From positions 1 through 64,000 of IMG/VR virus record IMGVR_UViG_2933814219_000003: a stretch of DNA of 64,000 bases, one strand, 5' to 3'. The notes beneath the pieces were generated by a model. The model made no database searches, had not been told where the DNA came from, and worked only from the letters and a program-made list of their open reading frames with translations. This document shows, piece by piece, positions 44,806-53,864 of this stretch. Position numbers and translations under genes: made by a program. Every line of letters begins with the position of its first letter. The stretch's first letter is position 1. The stretch comes from a virus (taxonomy: Duplodnaviria > Caudoviricetes).

Positions 44806-45390
44806 CTACGTGCAGCGGCGGAACGGGTCGAGCCTGCCGCCGTCGATGTCGATCCAGAAGTGGGTGCGGCACACCGCGGAACAGGGCGCCTCAGGCAGGA
44901 GGTAGGGGTCGAAGGTCTCCCCCGTTTCCTGGGCGCCGGCCCGGATGTGGCTCATCAAGAACAACGCGTGGTTGAGGTCGTGTCCGTGGATCCGTGCGTG
45001 GTGGGCGAGGTGGTCATTGAGCCACATTTCCATCCGCCCGTCGACCGCGGCTTCTCGGTGAAGTACAGCCTGCCGCTCCCGAATCTGGTCGATGGTGATC
45101 GTTTGGTGGTCGTCGTACTTCTGGTGGCACCCAGGCGCGGTAACGCTCTTGTTGGAGCAGAGGTAGAGAACGTTGCCGGGGTGGTGGAACTCTCCCCGAA
45201 GCCATTCCTCGGTGATGCCCCCGTATTCGGCCACGTTCGTGGGCCAGTTACGGATGTGGGCTACGTCGCGTGGCTGCCGAATGGTTCCGCACATGGCGCA
45301 GCGGCCCCCGCTCAGCTCTCTCGCGAATCGGGCGAGGGAGGCTGGCAGCGGGGGCCGCGTTCTGCGTGCGGGCTGGATGGTGGCGGTCAT
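44806..45390 (-). CDS. HNH endonuclease-like protein
   Basis: CAMC..DVAHI...NVLYLC....CHQKYD. Confidence 0.75.
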   Translation of the reverse strand: MTATIQPARRTRPPLPASLARFARELSGGRCAMCGTIRQPRDVAHIRNWPTNVAEYGGITEEWLRGEFHHPGNVLYLCSNKSVTAPGCHQKYDDHQTITIDQIRERQAVLHREAAVDGRMEMWLNDHLAHHARIHGHDLNHALFLMSHIRAGAQETGETFDPYLLPEAPCSAVCRTHFWIDIDGGRLDPFRRCT

Positions 45391-45434
45391 GGGCTGACCG
45401 TAGAGGCGACCCCTGACAATCCCCGCCGGGCACG

Positions 45435-45920
45435 CTACTTCGGCAGCTGGTTGCGGGTGTTGGCGATGACGCCGCGGGTGGTGCTGGTGACGGTGCGCTC
45501 GTCGTGGTGGACGGTGCCGTGGAAGTGCTGCACCAGGGGCTGGGCGGTCTGGTTGGCGTCCTTGACCTTCGCAACGAGCCGGGCCACTGCGAGGGCTGCG
45601 ACGGCCGGCGAGCCGAAGATGATGCCGAGGGCCCACGGCTCGATCTGGCCGACGATCCACAGGGCGCCGCCGATCGGCAGGGACGCCACGGACACGGCCT
45701 TCAGGACCCCGCTCGCGTCGATCGCCCACTGCGACATCGGGGGCGGGCCGGGCTGCTGAACGGGCGGGGTGGGGCCGACCGCGGGGAGCGGGGTGGTGTC
45801 GCGGTACGAGGTGACCCGGCCGGCGAGGAGGGCTTCGTCGACCGCAGCCACCAACTGGTCGGCGTTGCGGCGGATGGTGGGGTCGGGCTGCCCGGCGACG
45901 GGCTGCTCGGGCAGCTGCAT
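45435..45920 (-). CDS. 2-TM membrane protein, spread (Spd)-like
   Basis: Pro-rich N-terminus, two hydrophobic helices, downstream of traB. Confidence 0.65.
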   Translation of the reverse strand: MQLPEQPVAGQPDPTIRRNADQLVAAVDEALLAGRVTSYRDTTPLPAVGPTPPVQQPGPPPMSQWAIDASGVLKAVSVASLPIGGALWIVGQIEPWALGIIFGSPAVAALAVARLVAKVKDANQTAQPLVQHFHGTVHHDERTVTSTTRGVIANTRNQLPK

Positions 45921-46185
45921 GAGAGGGCTCCTTCGGGACGGGGAGTTACGTAAAGTGACGAATCCGGGAAGCGATCAGTTTGTGATGGTTTAGGACGATA
46001 CGGGAAGCCGGGCGGACCCCTGGCCGACAAAGAAACGTGCAGGTCAGTGCCAGGCAGAAGCCGGGCGCCTACTCTCCTGAGCTGGACGGGAGTGTCCGGC
46101 TCAGAAGCTCGATGCCCGACTTTGGAGCCGAACCGCCAGGGCCCTGACCTGCGAAAGGGCAGGGCCCGCCTGGGGTTTGGCTGGG

Positions 46186-48342
46186 CTATTCACCCATCCC
46201 GAACCGGTCACGCACCGTTATCAGCACTCGGGATCGGGGGTAGCCGACCACCCTGCTCCCCAGCCACGGGCGCTTCGCCTTCTCGTCATCCGTGCGAACG
46301 ACCAGCCGGCCCAGGCTGTCAGCGGACAGAGCCGTACCGGCGTCAGCCAGGGCGTCCACGAGGACCGATCCCGGAAGCCACTCCGCGGGCTCCCCCTCGC
46401 CGTCCAGGTGCGCATCAAAGGTGTCCAGCAGGACGGCCAGCACTCGGGCGTCGTCATCGTCGACCGCACGCAGCTGGTCGGCCAGCGGCACCGAACCAGC
46501 GGGCAGCGTGCCCGCCTTGGCCCGCAGCTCGAAAGCCCGGCCAAGGATCAGGTCAACTTCGTCGTCGTCGTAGTAGTAGCCGCGGGTCAGCTCCGGTTCG
46601 GCACCCTCGCCGTCCATGTAGATGCCGACACCGCGCTGCGACTTGAGGATGTCCTGGGCGTTGTGGCCAGCCGCCGCGTATCCCTGGCCGAGGATCGTGT
46701 CCGAGGCCTGCGGGGTCAGGCAGCGCATCGCCCACCGGATGGAGAGGATGTCACGGATCCCGGACGGCACCGAGTCCGCGTCCGGCTTCTGCGTGGCGCA
46801 GAGGGTGATGATGCCGAGCGCCCGGCCCTGCTGCACGATCAGCCGCAGCAGCCGTTCCATCTCCTCGCGAACCCTACGGTCGGCGGCGGCGCCGTAGGAC
46901 GACCACTCGTCGACGAGGAGCACTGCCAGGTTGACCCGCGGGTCCTTGGCCGCCATGGCCGCGGTCAGCTTCCGTGACCCGTGCTCCTTCGCGAGGGCGC
47001 GGCGCCGCGGGATCTCCACAGTCCAGATGTGCTCCAGGATCTCCAGCAGCCGCTCCGGTTCGCCGTCGGTGTCGTGCATGGCGGCGATCGGCTCGAACGG
47101 GGTGAGGTCCGCGCCGGCTTTCCCGTCGCACAGGTACAGAGCGACCGTCGGGTCGAGGGCTGCGGCGAGCAGTAGGTCGTTCGCGGCGGCGGACTTGCCC
47201 GCGCCAGGCTCTCCGCCGAACAGGCCGGACCGCTCGACCCAGGACGTGGACACTTCCTGGCCTCGCAGGTTGACGCCCATGGGGATGGCCCGCCACAGGT
47301 TGATGCAGTTCAGGTCGAGAAGCGGGCCCGGATCGGGCTTGCCGGTGAACGGCAGGTGCAGTGAGACCCGCAGCTGCAGGCGGCCCTCGCGGTCGCCGGG
47401 CGCCTGGTGCAGCTGCTGCACCTTCACGCCGAGGGCGCTGGCCACACCGGTCTTTGCCGTCAGGGCCTTCTTCAGCGGGGTTCCGGACGGCAGGTCGAGC
47501 GTGACCTCCCACGCCTTGCCGTCGGCGGTCAGCGTGCACGGGGTTAGCAGCTCAACGACCTCGTCAGCGCCGATGACCTTCGCGTCCCGGTAGATCTTGT
47601 TCAGCATGCTGTCGGTCAGCTTGAGGGTGTCCCCGAACTTCACGTCGTGGTCGTGGTAGAGCTCGCCGCCGGCCGTGCGCCGGCCGATCAGGGCGAACGC
47701 AAGGAGCGCGGATCCGGTGGCGATGACACCGCCGGTGCCACCGATCAGGTAGATCCCAGCGCCCTCGGGCACTGCGACGGCTGCGGCGGCGAGCGCGCCG
47801 CGGGCCGCACGCCTCGTCCGGGCGTCCCGCTGGGCCGCCTTGTACCTGCTCATTGCGGTGACGGATCCAGCGAACGCCTTATCCATCTCGGCGCGCCGCT
47901 TGTACTTCTCCTTGCCGGGGATGAGCCTCCTTCCGTGGTGCCCCTTCGCCGTCTTGTAGTCGCCTTGGGCCTGCTGGACTTCACGCCGCGCGGTGGCGAC
48001 CTGGACGCCTTCGGTGCCCTGGATCCAGAGGAACGTGCGGTGCATCCCGCGGAAGACCTGGGCGCCGTGCCCGTGCTCGGTGGACTGCCGGCGCACCCAC
48101 CGGCGGAACGCCCGGACGGAGTTGACCTTCCCGACCTCAGCGCGGGTTCGCCATCCGGCGGGGGTACGCACCCACTCCGGCGTGAGGGGCATGTCGCCGA
48201 GGAGGTCCGGGCGGTTGACGGGAACGTCGGCCGTCTTCTGGAGGACGGGGCCGACGGGCTTCTCGGCCGGGGCCGCGGTGAGGTCGGCGACGAGCCGATC
48301 CCAGTTCGGGTCGGGAGTTGCGGGGGTGCGCTCGATGCTCAC
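46186..48342 (-). CDS. traB: TraB/TraSA-type FtsK/SpoIIIE conjugative DNA translocase
   Basis: N-terminal TMs, GEPGAGKS Walker A, DGKAGAD, LLVDE, GRALGI...ATQKP, short C-terminal domain. Confidence 0.9.
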   Translation of the reverse strand: MSIERTPATPDPNWDRLVADLTAAPAEKPVGPVLQKTADVPVNRPDLLGDMPLTPEWVRTPAGWRTRAEVGKVNSVRAFRRWVRRQSTEHGHGAQVFRGMHRTFLWIQGTEGVQVATARREVQQAQGDYKTAKGHHGRRLIPGKEKYKRRAEMDKAFAGSVTAMSRYKAAQRDARTRRAARGALAAAAVAVPEGAGIYLIGGTGGVIATGSALLAFALIGRRTAGGELYHDHDVKFGDTLKLTDSMLNKIYRDAKVIGADEVVELLTPCTLTADGKAWEVTLDLPSGTPLKKALTAKTGVASALGVKVQQLHQAPGDREGRLQLRVSLHLPFTGKPDPGPLLDLNCINLWRAIPMGVNLRGQEVSTSWVERSGLFGGEPGAGKSAAANDLLLAAALDPTVALYLCDGKAGADLTPFEPIAAMHDTDGEPERLLEILEHIWTVEIPRRRALAKEHGSRKLTAAMAAKDPRVNLAVLLVDEWSSYGAAADRRVREEMERLLRLIVQQGRALGIITLCATQKPDADSVPSGIRDILSIRWAMRCLTPQASDTILGQGYAAAGHNAQDILKSQRGVGIYMDGEGAEPELTRGYYYDDDEVDLILGRAFELRAKAGTLPAGSVPLADQLRAVDDDDARVLAVLLDTFDAHLDGEGEPAEWLPGSVLVDALADAGTALSADSLGRLVVRTDDEKAKRPWLGSRVVGYPRSRVLITVRDRFGMGE

Positions 48343-49637
48343 TTCTGCTCCTCGGAGGGGGTCCGTTCGATGCGCGCCTGGTTACGTGCAAGGGGGCTGG
48401 GGGGCGGCGTGTCACCGGCCCGGCGACGGGGCGGGATGCCCCCGTTTCCGCGGCGCCCGTCGGGGGCCTTCGGGTCCTTCTTCGGCTTAGGGGGTCGATG
48501 GGAATTGATCAGCGAAAACTCTCCGAAAACCGGGGTCTTCGTAGCGGCCTGCATCCGAGCCTCTGCACCCCGTGACTGCGCCTCGATTTCGGGGGTAATC
48601 CCGACGGTCTTCGAGCCCGTGACACGGCCCCACGCCTCGGTCCAGATCTGCTCGGTGACGTACTGCGAACCGCGGGCGGACCGGATCGCTTCGGCGACCT
48701 CCCACACCTTCGGATGGCCGTCCTTTCGGTCGGCGTCGCGCCGCTTCTGTTCCTCCTTCGCGCGGGCCTCCGTGATCTGCCGGTCCGCTTCCGCGGCGAG
48801 CTCCGCGTCGCGCTGTACCTGCTGCTCCTTCTTGAGCGCGGCAGCCGCCTCGGACTGGGCCCGCGCTACGGCCCGGCGTTCCCTCCAGGAAGGGATGCCG
48901 TCGGCCTTCTGCGCCATGCCGTGCTCGTAGGCCATGAGGACGAGCGGCCCACCAAGGGATGCGATGGCGCCGATGAGGCCGGCGTTCAGGCCGATGCGAT
49001 CATCGGAGATCCCGCCGTGAAGGTTGACGACGGCGGCAACGACGGCGCCGACCATGATCCCGATGCGGTAGGGGGCGACGTCTCGCCGGTTGGCGACCGC
49101 CCATGCGGCACCGAACGCGAGGACGAGAGCGAACCCTTCGAGGAGGGCGGGGGCTGCAACGAGGAAGGGTCGCTTGGGGTCCCAGAAGTGCATGAACTGA
49201 ACCGGCCCGGCGATGATCATGCCGACGGCGTAGATGGCGCGGGCGCCCCACTTCCACCAGTGCTCCGACCGCTGCTGCTCGACCTCCCGCTTGGCCTCGG
49301 CGGCTTCACGGTCGGCTTCGGCCTTCTCCGCTTTCTGCTTCTCGGCGTTTGCCCTGGCGGTCTCGGCGGCCTTCTTCGCGACGTAGGCGTCGTGGTCGAC
49401 CTGTTTGCGTTCCTGCGTGAGTCGGGCCCGCTCGTTGGCGAGGCGCAGCTTTTCGGCTTCCTCAGCTGCAAGGGTGCGGGCCGCGTCGGCTTCGCCCTTG
49501 GCCTTGAGCTTGAGGGCTTCGGCTTCGGCTTCGGCTCTGGCGCGAACGGCGTCCGCCTCGGCAAGCGCAACCGGGTCGAACCGGGGCTCGGAGGTGGGGC
49601 GCTTGTGGCCGTTCACCTGGGGCGGGCTGGTCGTCAC
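48339..49637 (-). CDS. SpdB-like coiled-coil + 4-TM spread protein
   Basis: Coiled coil, four TMs, Pro/Arg-rich tail; overlaps the traB start. Confidence 0.7.
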   Translation of the reverse strand: MTTSPPQVNGHKRPTSEPRFDPVALAEADAVRARAEAEAEALKLKAKGEADAARTLAAEEAEKLRLANERARLTQERKQVDHDAYVAKKAAETARANAEKQKAEKAEADREAAEAKREVEQQRSEHWWKWGARAIYAVGMIIAGPVQFMHFWDPKRPFLVAAPALLEGFALVLAFGAAWAVANRRDVAPYRIGIMVGAVVAAVVNLHGGISDDRIGLNAGLIGAIASLGGPLVLMAYEHGMAQKADGIPSWRERRAVARAQSEAAAALKKEQQVQRDAELAAEADRQITEARAKEEQKRRDADRKDGHPKVWEVAEAIRSARGSQYVTEQIWTEAWGRVTGSKTVGITPEIEAQSRGAEARMQAATKTPVFGEFSLINSHRPPKPKKDPKAPDGRRGNGGIPPRRRAGDTPPPSPLARNQARIERTPSEEQK

Positions 49638-49665
49638 GGCGAGAGTTCCTTTCAGGTGGGGGCGG

Positions 49666-49860
49666 TCAGATGCGGGCGGTGGCGGGGTTCTTGCCGCGCA
49701 GGTGGGCAATGGTGGCGACACCGAGCCCGAAACCGATGAGGACCGGCTGGGCGGCAACGAACTGCACGGTCGCGGCGACGGTGGTGGCGACCGTCTGGGC
49801 CAGTCCCGGGAACAGGACCAGCAGTGCGAGGGTGAGCAGGATCCAAAGCAGGATTTTCAC
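49666..49860 (-). CDS. small hydrophobic spread-type protein
   Basis: VKILLWILLTLALLVLFP..., 64 aa. Confidence 0.65.
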   Translation of the reverse strand: MKILLWILLTLALLVLFPGLAQTVATTVAATVQFVAAQPVLIGFGLGVATIAHLRGKNPATARI

Positions 49861-49904
49861 GGTTCGGCCCTTCCTGGGCTCGGTGGTGAGTGAGGGTCGG
49901 TCGG

Positions 49905-49964
49905 TGGCGCCCCGGGCCGGAGTCGAACCGGTCTCCCACCCCCTCGGTCCTCGGGTGGCGGGGC
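49905..49964 (-). ncRNA. tRNA-minihelix-like element 1 (acceptor + T arm + CCA)
   Basis: GCCCCGC...ACCGG-TTCGACT-CCGGC-CCGGGGC-G-CCA; no D or anticodon arm. Confidence 0.5.
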
Positions 49965-49972
49965 TGTGGCGG

Positions 49973-50149
49973 TCAGTTGCAGCAGTCGCACTTCGGGTCG
50001 GTGCACTTCTCGACGCGGCCGAGGCCAAGGGCCCCGGTCACCTTGTTGGCGACCTCCCCGCCCCGGTCTCCGGCAACGGTCCTGCCGACGACTTGGGCAC
50101 TGCGGGTGGCGACCTCGGCGGCACTGGTCTTGCGGTTGAACAGACCCAT
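49973..50149 (-). CDS. small protein, MGLFNR paralogue 1
   Basis: AAGGAGG RBS; C-terminal CTDPKCDCCN (not in the ORF track). Confidence 0.65.
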   Translation of the reverse strand: MGLFNRKTSAAEVATRSAQVVGRTVAGDRGGEVANKVTGALGLGRVEKCTDPKCDCCN

Positions 50150-50181
50150 GGGGCCCTCCTTGTGGTGGTTGATGCGGGGAG

Positions 50182-50229
50182 CGCCCCGGGCCGGAGTCGA
50201 TCCGGCAGCCTCACGCCGTGATCCGGGGC
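50182..50229 (-). ncRNA. tRNA-minihelix-like element 2
   Basis: GCCCCGG...GCCGG-ATCGACT-CCGGC-CCGGGGC-G, perfect 7-bp and 5-bp stems. Confidence 0.5.
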
Positions 50230-50235
50230 GGTGGC

Positions 50236-50484
50236 TCAGCGGTTCAGCCAGCCGGCGCGGCGACTGTCGCCGTCCGCGGCAACGACCCGCTCGACGTAGT
50301 CCGCGACCTCCTGGCCGCGGGCGTTGCAGCCCTTGCTGGTCAGCGCCGCCGCGAGGGTCCCGGTCCGGAACGTGGCCGCGGCCTCCTCGTCACCGCCCCT
50401 GACGGCGGTGCGGATGTCCTTGGTGAGTGCGGCGTGACCGGTGACCTCGGCCGCGGTGTCGGTGATCCGGTTGAACAAGCCCAT
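50236..50484 (-). CDS. small protein, MGLFNR paralogue 2
   Basis: AAGGAG RBS, 82 aa. Confidence 0.65.
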   Translation of the reverse strand: MGLFNRITDTAAEVTGHAALTKDIRTAVRGGDEEAAATFRTGTLAAALTSKGCNARGQEVADYVERVVAADGDSRRAGWLNR

Positions 50485-50515
50485 GACGCTCTCCTTCGGG
50501 TTGGGGGGTTGGTGG

Positions 50516-50734
50516 CTACCGGGCGGTCTCGGCGGCGACGACGGCGGCGGCCTTGGCGATCTCGGCGTAGACGGTGGCGAGGCCGCTGTAAGCGGTGATC
50601 GCCGGGCCGTTGTCCCGGAGGCTGCACGCGGTGTCGTGGGCGGCGAGCCGGCCAGCCCTGTCGGCGTACACCACGGCCTTGGCCAGGGCCTCGGCGGCGA
50701 TCTCCTGCGGACGGGCCTCGGTCTGCGTGGCCAT
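50516..50734 (-). CDS. hypothetical protein
   Basis: GAGGAG RBS, MATQTEAR... Confidence 0.65.
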   Translation of the reverse strand: MATQTEARPQEIAAEALAKAVVYADRAGRLAAHDTACSLRDNGPAITAYSGLATVYAEIAKAAAVVAAETAR

Positions 50735-50828
50735 GGGGTTCTCCTCGGTGGGTGTTGGGTCCGGGTGGTTCCCGGGCCACTCCGCCGCCACCAGCCGTGG
50801 GGCTGGGGACGACAGGGCAGCCCGGGGG

Positions 50829-51122
50829 TCAGGCCGCGGCCGGGGTCGACAGGCCGTCCAGCTCGTCGAGCAGGCGGGGCCCGAACGGCTGCCCGGCGTC
50901 GTGCTCGGCGGCCAGGGTCCGCAGCCAGTGCTGGATGCCGTAGTCGCCGCGGGCCGCGACGTACCGGGTGACGATCTCCCCCGGCGACAGGCCCTCCGCC
51001 TCCTCCCACGTCACCACCACGTCGGAGGTCAGGAGCGCGGCCCGCAAGTTGTGGATCTCAGCGGACACAGCGGCGAGGTCGCCGGAGAACAGATCGGTCA
51101 CGGACGAAACGAACGGAGACAT
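50829..51122 (-). CDS. hypothetical protein
   Basis: MSPFVSS..., 97 aa. Confidence 0.6.
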   Translation of the reverse strand: MSPFVSSVTDLFSGDLAAVSAEIHNLRAALLTSDVVVTWEEAEGLSPGEIVTRYVAARGDYGIQHWLRTLAAEHDAGQPFGPRLLDELDGLSTPAAA

Positions 51123-51184
51123 GGGGGTGCCCTTCGAGTGGGTGGTGGGGTGGTTCGGTGGCGTTGCGGACGGTGCGATGGGGG

Positions 51185-51502
51185 CTATGCGCTCGTGCGG
51201 GCGGCCAGGATCGGGTCGAGGGTTTGCCGCATCCACATGCGGTACCGCTCGCCCGTCAAATCGCTCCGGGTGGCCTTGGTGACGTTGCCCGCCTCGTGCA
51301 CGAGGTTCTCGCTGTCGCGGTCGTCCTCGTCGAGGGTCTCGGCCGCTTCCTCCAGGACCCGCTCAAAGGCCTCGGCGGGCGGCATGTCCTCGTAGCTGTC
51401 GGCGAAGAGGCCGAACGCGTCAATCACCCGGGGCATGTACGTGGCGACCAAGGTGTCGAAGGAAGCCTCGGGATTGTTCAGGGGCTTCTCGGGGACGTTC
51501 AT
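51185..51502 (-). CDS. acidic hypothetical protein
   Basis: GGGAG RBS, MNVPEKP... Confidence 0.65.
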   Translation of the reverse strand: MNVPEKPLNNPEASFDTLVATYMPRVIDAFGLFADSYEDMPPAEAFERVLEEAAETLDEDDRDSENLVHEAGNVTKATRSDLTGERYRMWMRQTLDPILAARTSA

Positions 51503-51576
51503 CAGGGCTCCCATCAGGTCGAGTGGAAGGCCGCTCCCGCCCGGGACGGGGGTCGGACACCGGGCAGAAGCGGCGG

Positions 51577-51717
51577 TCAGTGGGTGGTGCGCTTCGCCTT
51601 CTCGGCGGCCTCACGGCGGGCCCTCACGGACTCGATGTCCTCCGCGTCCCGCCGGATACGGTCCAAACGGAGGCGGAGGTCACGGTCAGCGGGACACAGG
51701 TCAGCAGACCCGAACAC
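51577..51717 (-). CDS. small hypothetical protein
   Basis: 46 aa ORF filling the operon gap. Confidence 0.35.
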   Translation of the reverse strand: MFGSADLCPADRDLRLRLDRIRRDAEDIESVRARREAAEKAKRTTH

Positions 51718-51723
51718 GGCCGG

Positions 51724-51960
51724 TCACCAGCCGCGCTTGGCGCGTTCGACCTGGCGGGCCTTCCCGACCATCACGTCGAGACAACCACCCGGAAGGTCAA
51801 TCACACCGTCGAAGTCGGCCAGGGTCACGCCGTGGTCGGCGGCAGCGGCGAGAAGCGCTTCAAGCAGAGAAACCGCCTCCGCAATAACCACCGGGCCGGC
51901 CGGGGTGCCGTACCGGTGGACGGCGGCCACACGCTCAGCCGACGTACCGGGGATCGACAT
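51724..51960 (-). CDS. hypothetical protein
   Basis: MSIPGTSAER..., coupled. Confidence 0.55.
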   Translation of the reverse strand: MSIPGTSAERVAAVHRYGTPAGPVVIAEAVSLLEALLAAAADHGVTLADFDGVIDLPGGCLDVMVGKARQVERAKRGW

Positions 51961-51962
51961 GG

Positions 51963-52130
51963 TCACCACCCCCGCTGCGCAATGAACCGGCGGCGAGCAG
52001 CCGGATCCGCGGGCGGCGTCGGAGAGTCCTGGGAGACCTGCGCCGGGCGGCGAACGTAAGACGCCTTCTCGTGGGCCAGGTCGTCCGCAGCAGACATCGG
52101 GGCGGACGGCGGGGTGATCGACGGGGTCAT
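51963..52130 (-). CDS. small hypothetical protein
   Basis: ATGA overlap with the Xis-like gene. Confidence 0.45.
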   Translation of the reverse strand: MTPSITPPSAPMSAADDLAHEKASYVRRPAQVSQDSPTPPADPAARRRFIAQRGW

Positions 52131-52378
52131 GCCGCCACCTCGCTCGGGGAGGTCGGGTCGCTGGGCGTCGCGAGGAACTCGACGACAGCCGTGCGGGGAA
52201 TGGTGGTGAGGGTGCGGCGAATCTGCCCGCTCCCCCGACTGGTCGAGCGAATGCGGCCGGTCTTGACCGCTCGGTAGACCGTCGCCGGGTGGACGCCGAT
52301 GAGAGCGGCCACCTCAGGGACGGTGAGGGAGTCCTGAAGGTCGTCGAGCACTGCATCGAGTGCGTCGCGGGGAGACAT
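52127..52378 (-). CDS. excisionase-family HTH protein
   Basis: LTVPEVAALIGVHPATVYRAVKTGRI. Confidence 0.85.
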   Translation of the reverse strand: MSPRDALDAVLDDLQDSLTVPEVAALIGVHPATVYRAVKTGRIRSTSRGSGQIRRTLTTIPRTAVVEFLATPSDPTSPSEVAA

Positions 52379-52420
52379 GTGCGGTCCTCCGGATTCGGGC
52401 AGGGGCGGGGAAGGTCATTT

Positions 52421-52484
52421 CCACTTGGCTATGCAAGTGGCGACACCCCTGACGATAGGCCGAATCCACTTGGCTATGCAAGTG
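52421..52484. promoter_or_regulatory. tandem GntR-type operators ahead of the xis-spd-traB operon
   Basis: CCACTTGGCTATGCAAGTG at 52421 and 52466. Confidence 0.8.
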
Positions 52485-52521
52485 CCGCGACTGTTTTACC
52501 TTCGAGCGAGTCGCCGGGCAC

Positions 52522-52556
52522 AAAAGAACGCCCCCACCGGGAAGGTGGGGGCGTTG
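52522..52556 (-). terminator. intrinsic terminator of the GntR gene
   Basis: AACGCCCCCACC / GGTGGGGGCGTT stem with a U-tract on the minus strand. Confidence 0.75.
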
Positions 52557-52576
52557 GCGGTGCGGGCGATGCGGGG

Positions 52577-53350
52577 CTACACATCGATCACGTAGCGGAA
52601 GGCATGCCGGTCGCAGGGGACGATGGAATCGAGCACCTCGATGGCGTCGCCGGCCGAGTCGTAAGCCGTGCGCAGCACCCTGGCCACCGGCACACCGTCG
52701 GGGATGTCGAGCTGATCCACCTCGTGCGGATATGGCATCCGAACGTCGAGATCCTCGATGAACTGAACGATGCGGCGGCCGATCGGCCCGTCTGGATCTT
52801 CGACGTAGGCGTTGGCGCCGCCCTTGATCAGTCGGGCTTCCGCAAGTCGCGTGCCGCCAGCGACCTTTGCGTCGTAGTAGCAGTCGACCAGCTGCATCGG
52901 GGTGTCGTCCGTGACGAACAGGAACCGCCGCGCCACGACCGGGGCCCCGGCTTCGATCCCCAGCAGTTGAGCGACGCGCTCGGGGGCGGCCGTCTCGACT
53001 ACTTCCCGGATGACCTGCTTCGGCTTCTGCCCCTGGGCTTCAGCTTCCGCGTTGAAGTTCGACTTCCCTGTGCCTCGGCGGGCGCGGTAGATGCTGCCCG
53101 TCTGCCTCAGATTGACGTGCGGGCGCTCACGAACGAACGCCCCCTTGCCTTGCTTCGAGGTGATGAGCCCTTCGGCCCGCAGCAGAGCGATGCCCTTGCG
53201 GACCGTGGTCCGGGTCACGCCAAAGCGATCCTTCAGCTCGTTCTCGGACGAGAGCTGGTCGCCGGGCGCGAGGTCGCCTCGGAGGATCTCGGTGCGCAGT
53301 TCGTTGGCCACCCTCTTGAAGGGGTGCTCGTGTGCGGGGTTTGGTGACAT
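52577..53350 (-). CDS. GntR (HutC/UTRA) repressor, KorSA/TraR-like
   Basis: PGDQLSSENEL..FGVTRTTVR...GKGAFV plus UTRA-like domain. Confidence 0.92.
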   Translation of the reverse strand: MSPNPAHEHPFKRVANELRTEILRGDLAPGDQLSSENELKDRFGVTRTTVRKGIALLRAEGLITSKQGKGAFVRERPHVNLRQTGSIYRARRGTGKSNFNAEAEAQGQKPKQVIREVVETAAPERVAQLLGIEAGAPVVARRFLFVTDDTPMQLVDCYYDAKVAGGTRLAEARLIKGGANAYVEDPDGPIGRRIVQFIEDLDVRMPYPHEVDQLDIPDGVPVARVLRTAYDSAGDAIEVLDSIVPCDRHAFRYVIDV

Positions 53351-53407
53351 CACGCTCCTGTCGAGTGGGTACTCAAGTCAGCGTAAGGCCACAGGTCGCA
53401 AACGCGC

Positions 53408-53827
53408 CTAATCCTGACGCGCCACCCATCCTGACCAGCGGTTTACTCGAATCTTGATCACGGGCCCTGCTGGCCGTTGGGCTCGATACTGCGCGTACTT
53501 GTCTACCAATGGCTCCACAAGTTCCTGTGCATGTTCGTTCTCAAGTACCTCGGCTTCCCCGTCGGCTCGGACCCACCAGAGCTGATCCCAGTCGTCGTCG
53601 TAGTGATCGACAAGCAGGGTGACCGCCGGGTTCTCGGCGATGTTCCGAAGGCGCTTCAGGTTGGAGGTGGACTTCGGCTTGTGGTCCACGGCGATCACGA
53701 CAGCGTCGCCAGCGAGGGCGTAGGTAGCCGGCACCAGGTGGGGTTGTCCCTCGGAATCAACGGTGCCAAGCCTGAGCACCCGGCCGCACCCGAAGGTCTC
53801 CTGACACTGCCTCTCCGTCATCTTCAT
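53408..53827 (-). CDS. PPOX-class (Rv0121-like) flavin/F420-binding protein
   Basis: PHLVP, AVDHKPKS..LKRLRNI..NP, DHYDDDW..LWWVRADG. Confidence 0.85.
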   Translation of the reverse strand: MKMTERQCQETFGCGRVLRLGTVDSEGQPHLVPATYALAGDAVVIAVDHKPKSTSNLKRLRNIAENPAVTLLVDHYDDDWDQLWWVRADGEAEVLENEHAQELVEPLVDKYAQYRAQRPAGPVIKIRVNRWSGWVARQD

Positions 53828-53864
53828 GGGGCGCAAACTACGCCCGCATCGCCCCAGTCGCACT

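Noticed and set aside
46186-48342. Chromosomal FtsK or type VII secretion ATPase
   Set aside because: Single ATPase domain in a Kor/Spd/Xis context matches plasmid/AICE TraB
49905-49964. Full tRNA gene or attP core
   Set aside because: Only 60 nt, lacks D and anticodon arms, and no integrase is adjacent; kept as a tRNA-like element
50766-50827. Third tRNA-like element
   Set aside because: Has a closing CCCGGGC/GCCCGGG stem and a nearby ACCA but no T-loop; looks like a simple long hairpin
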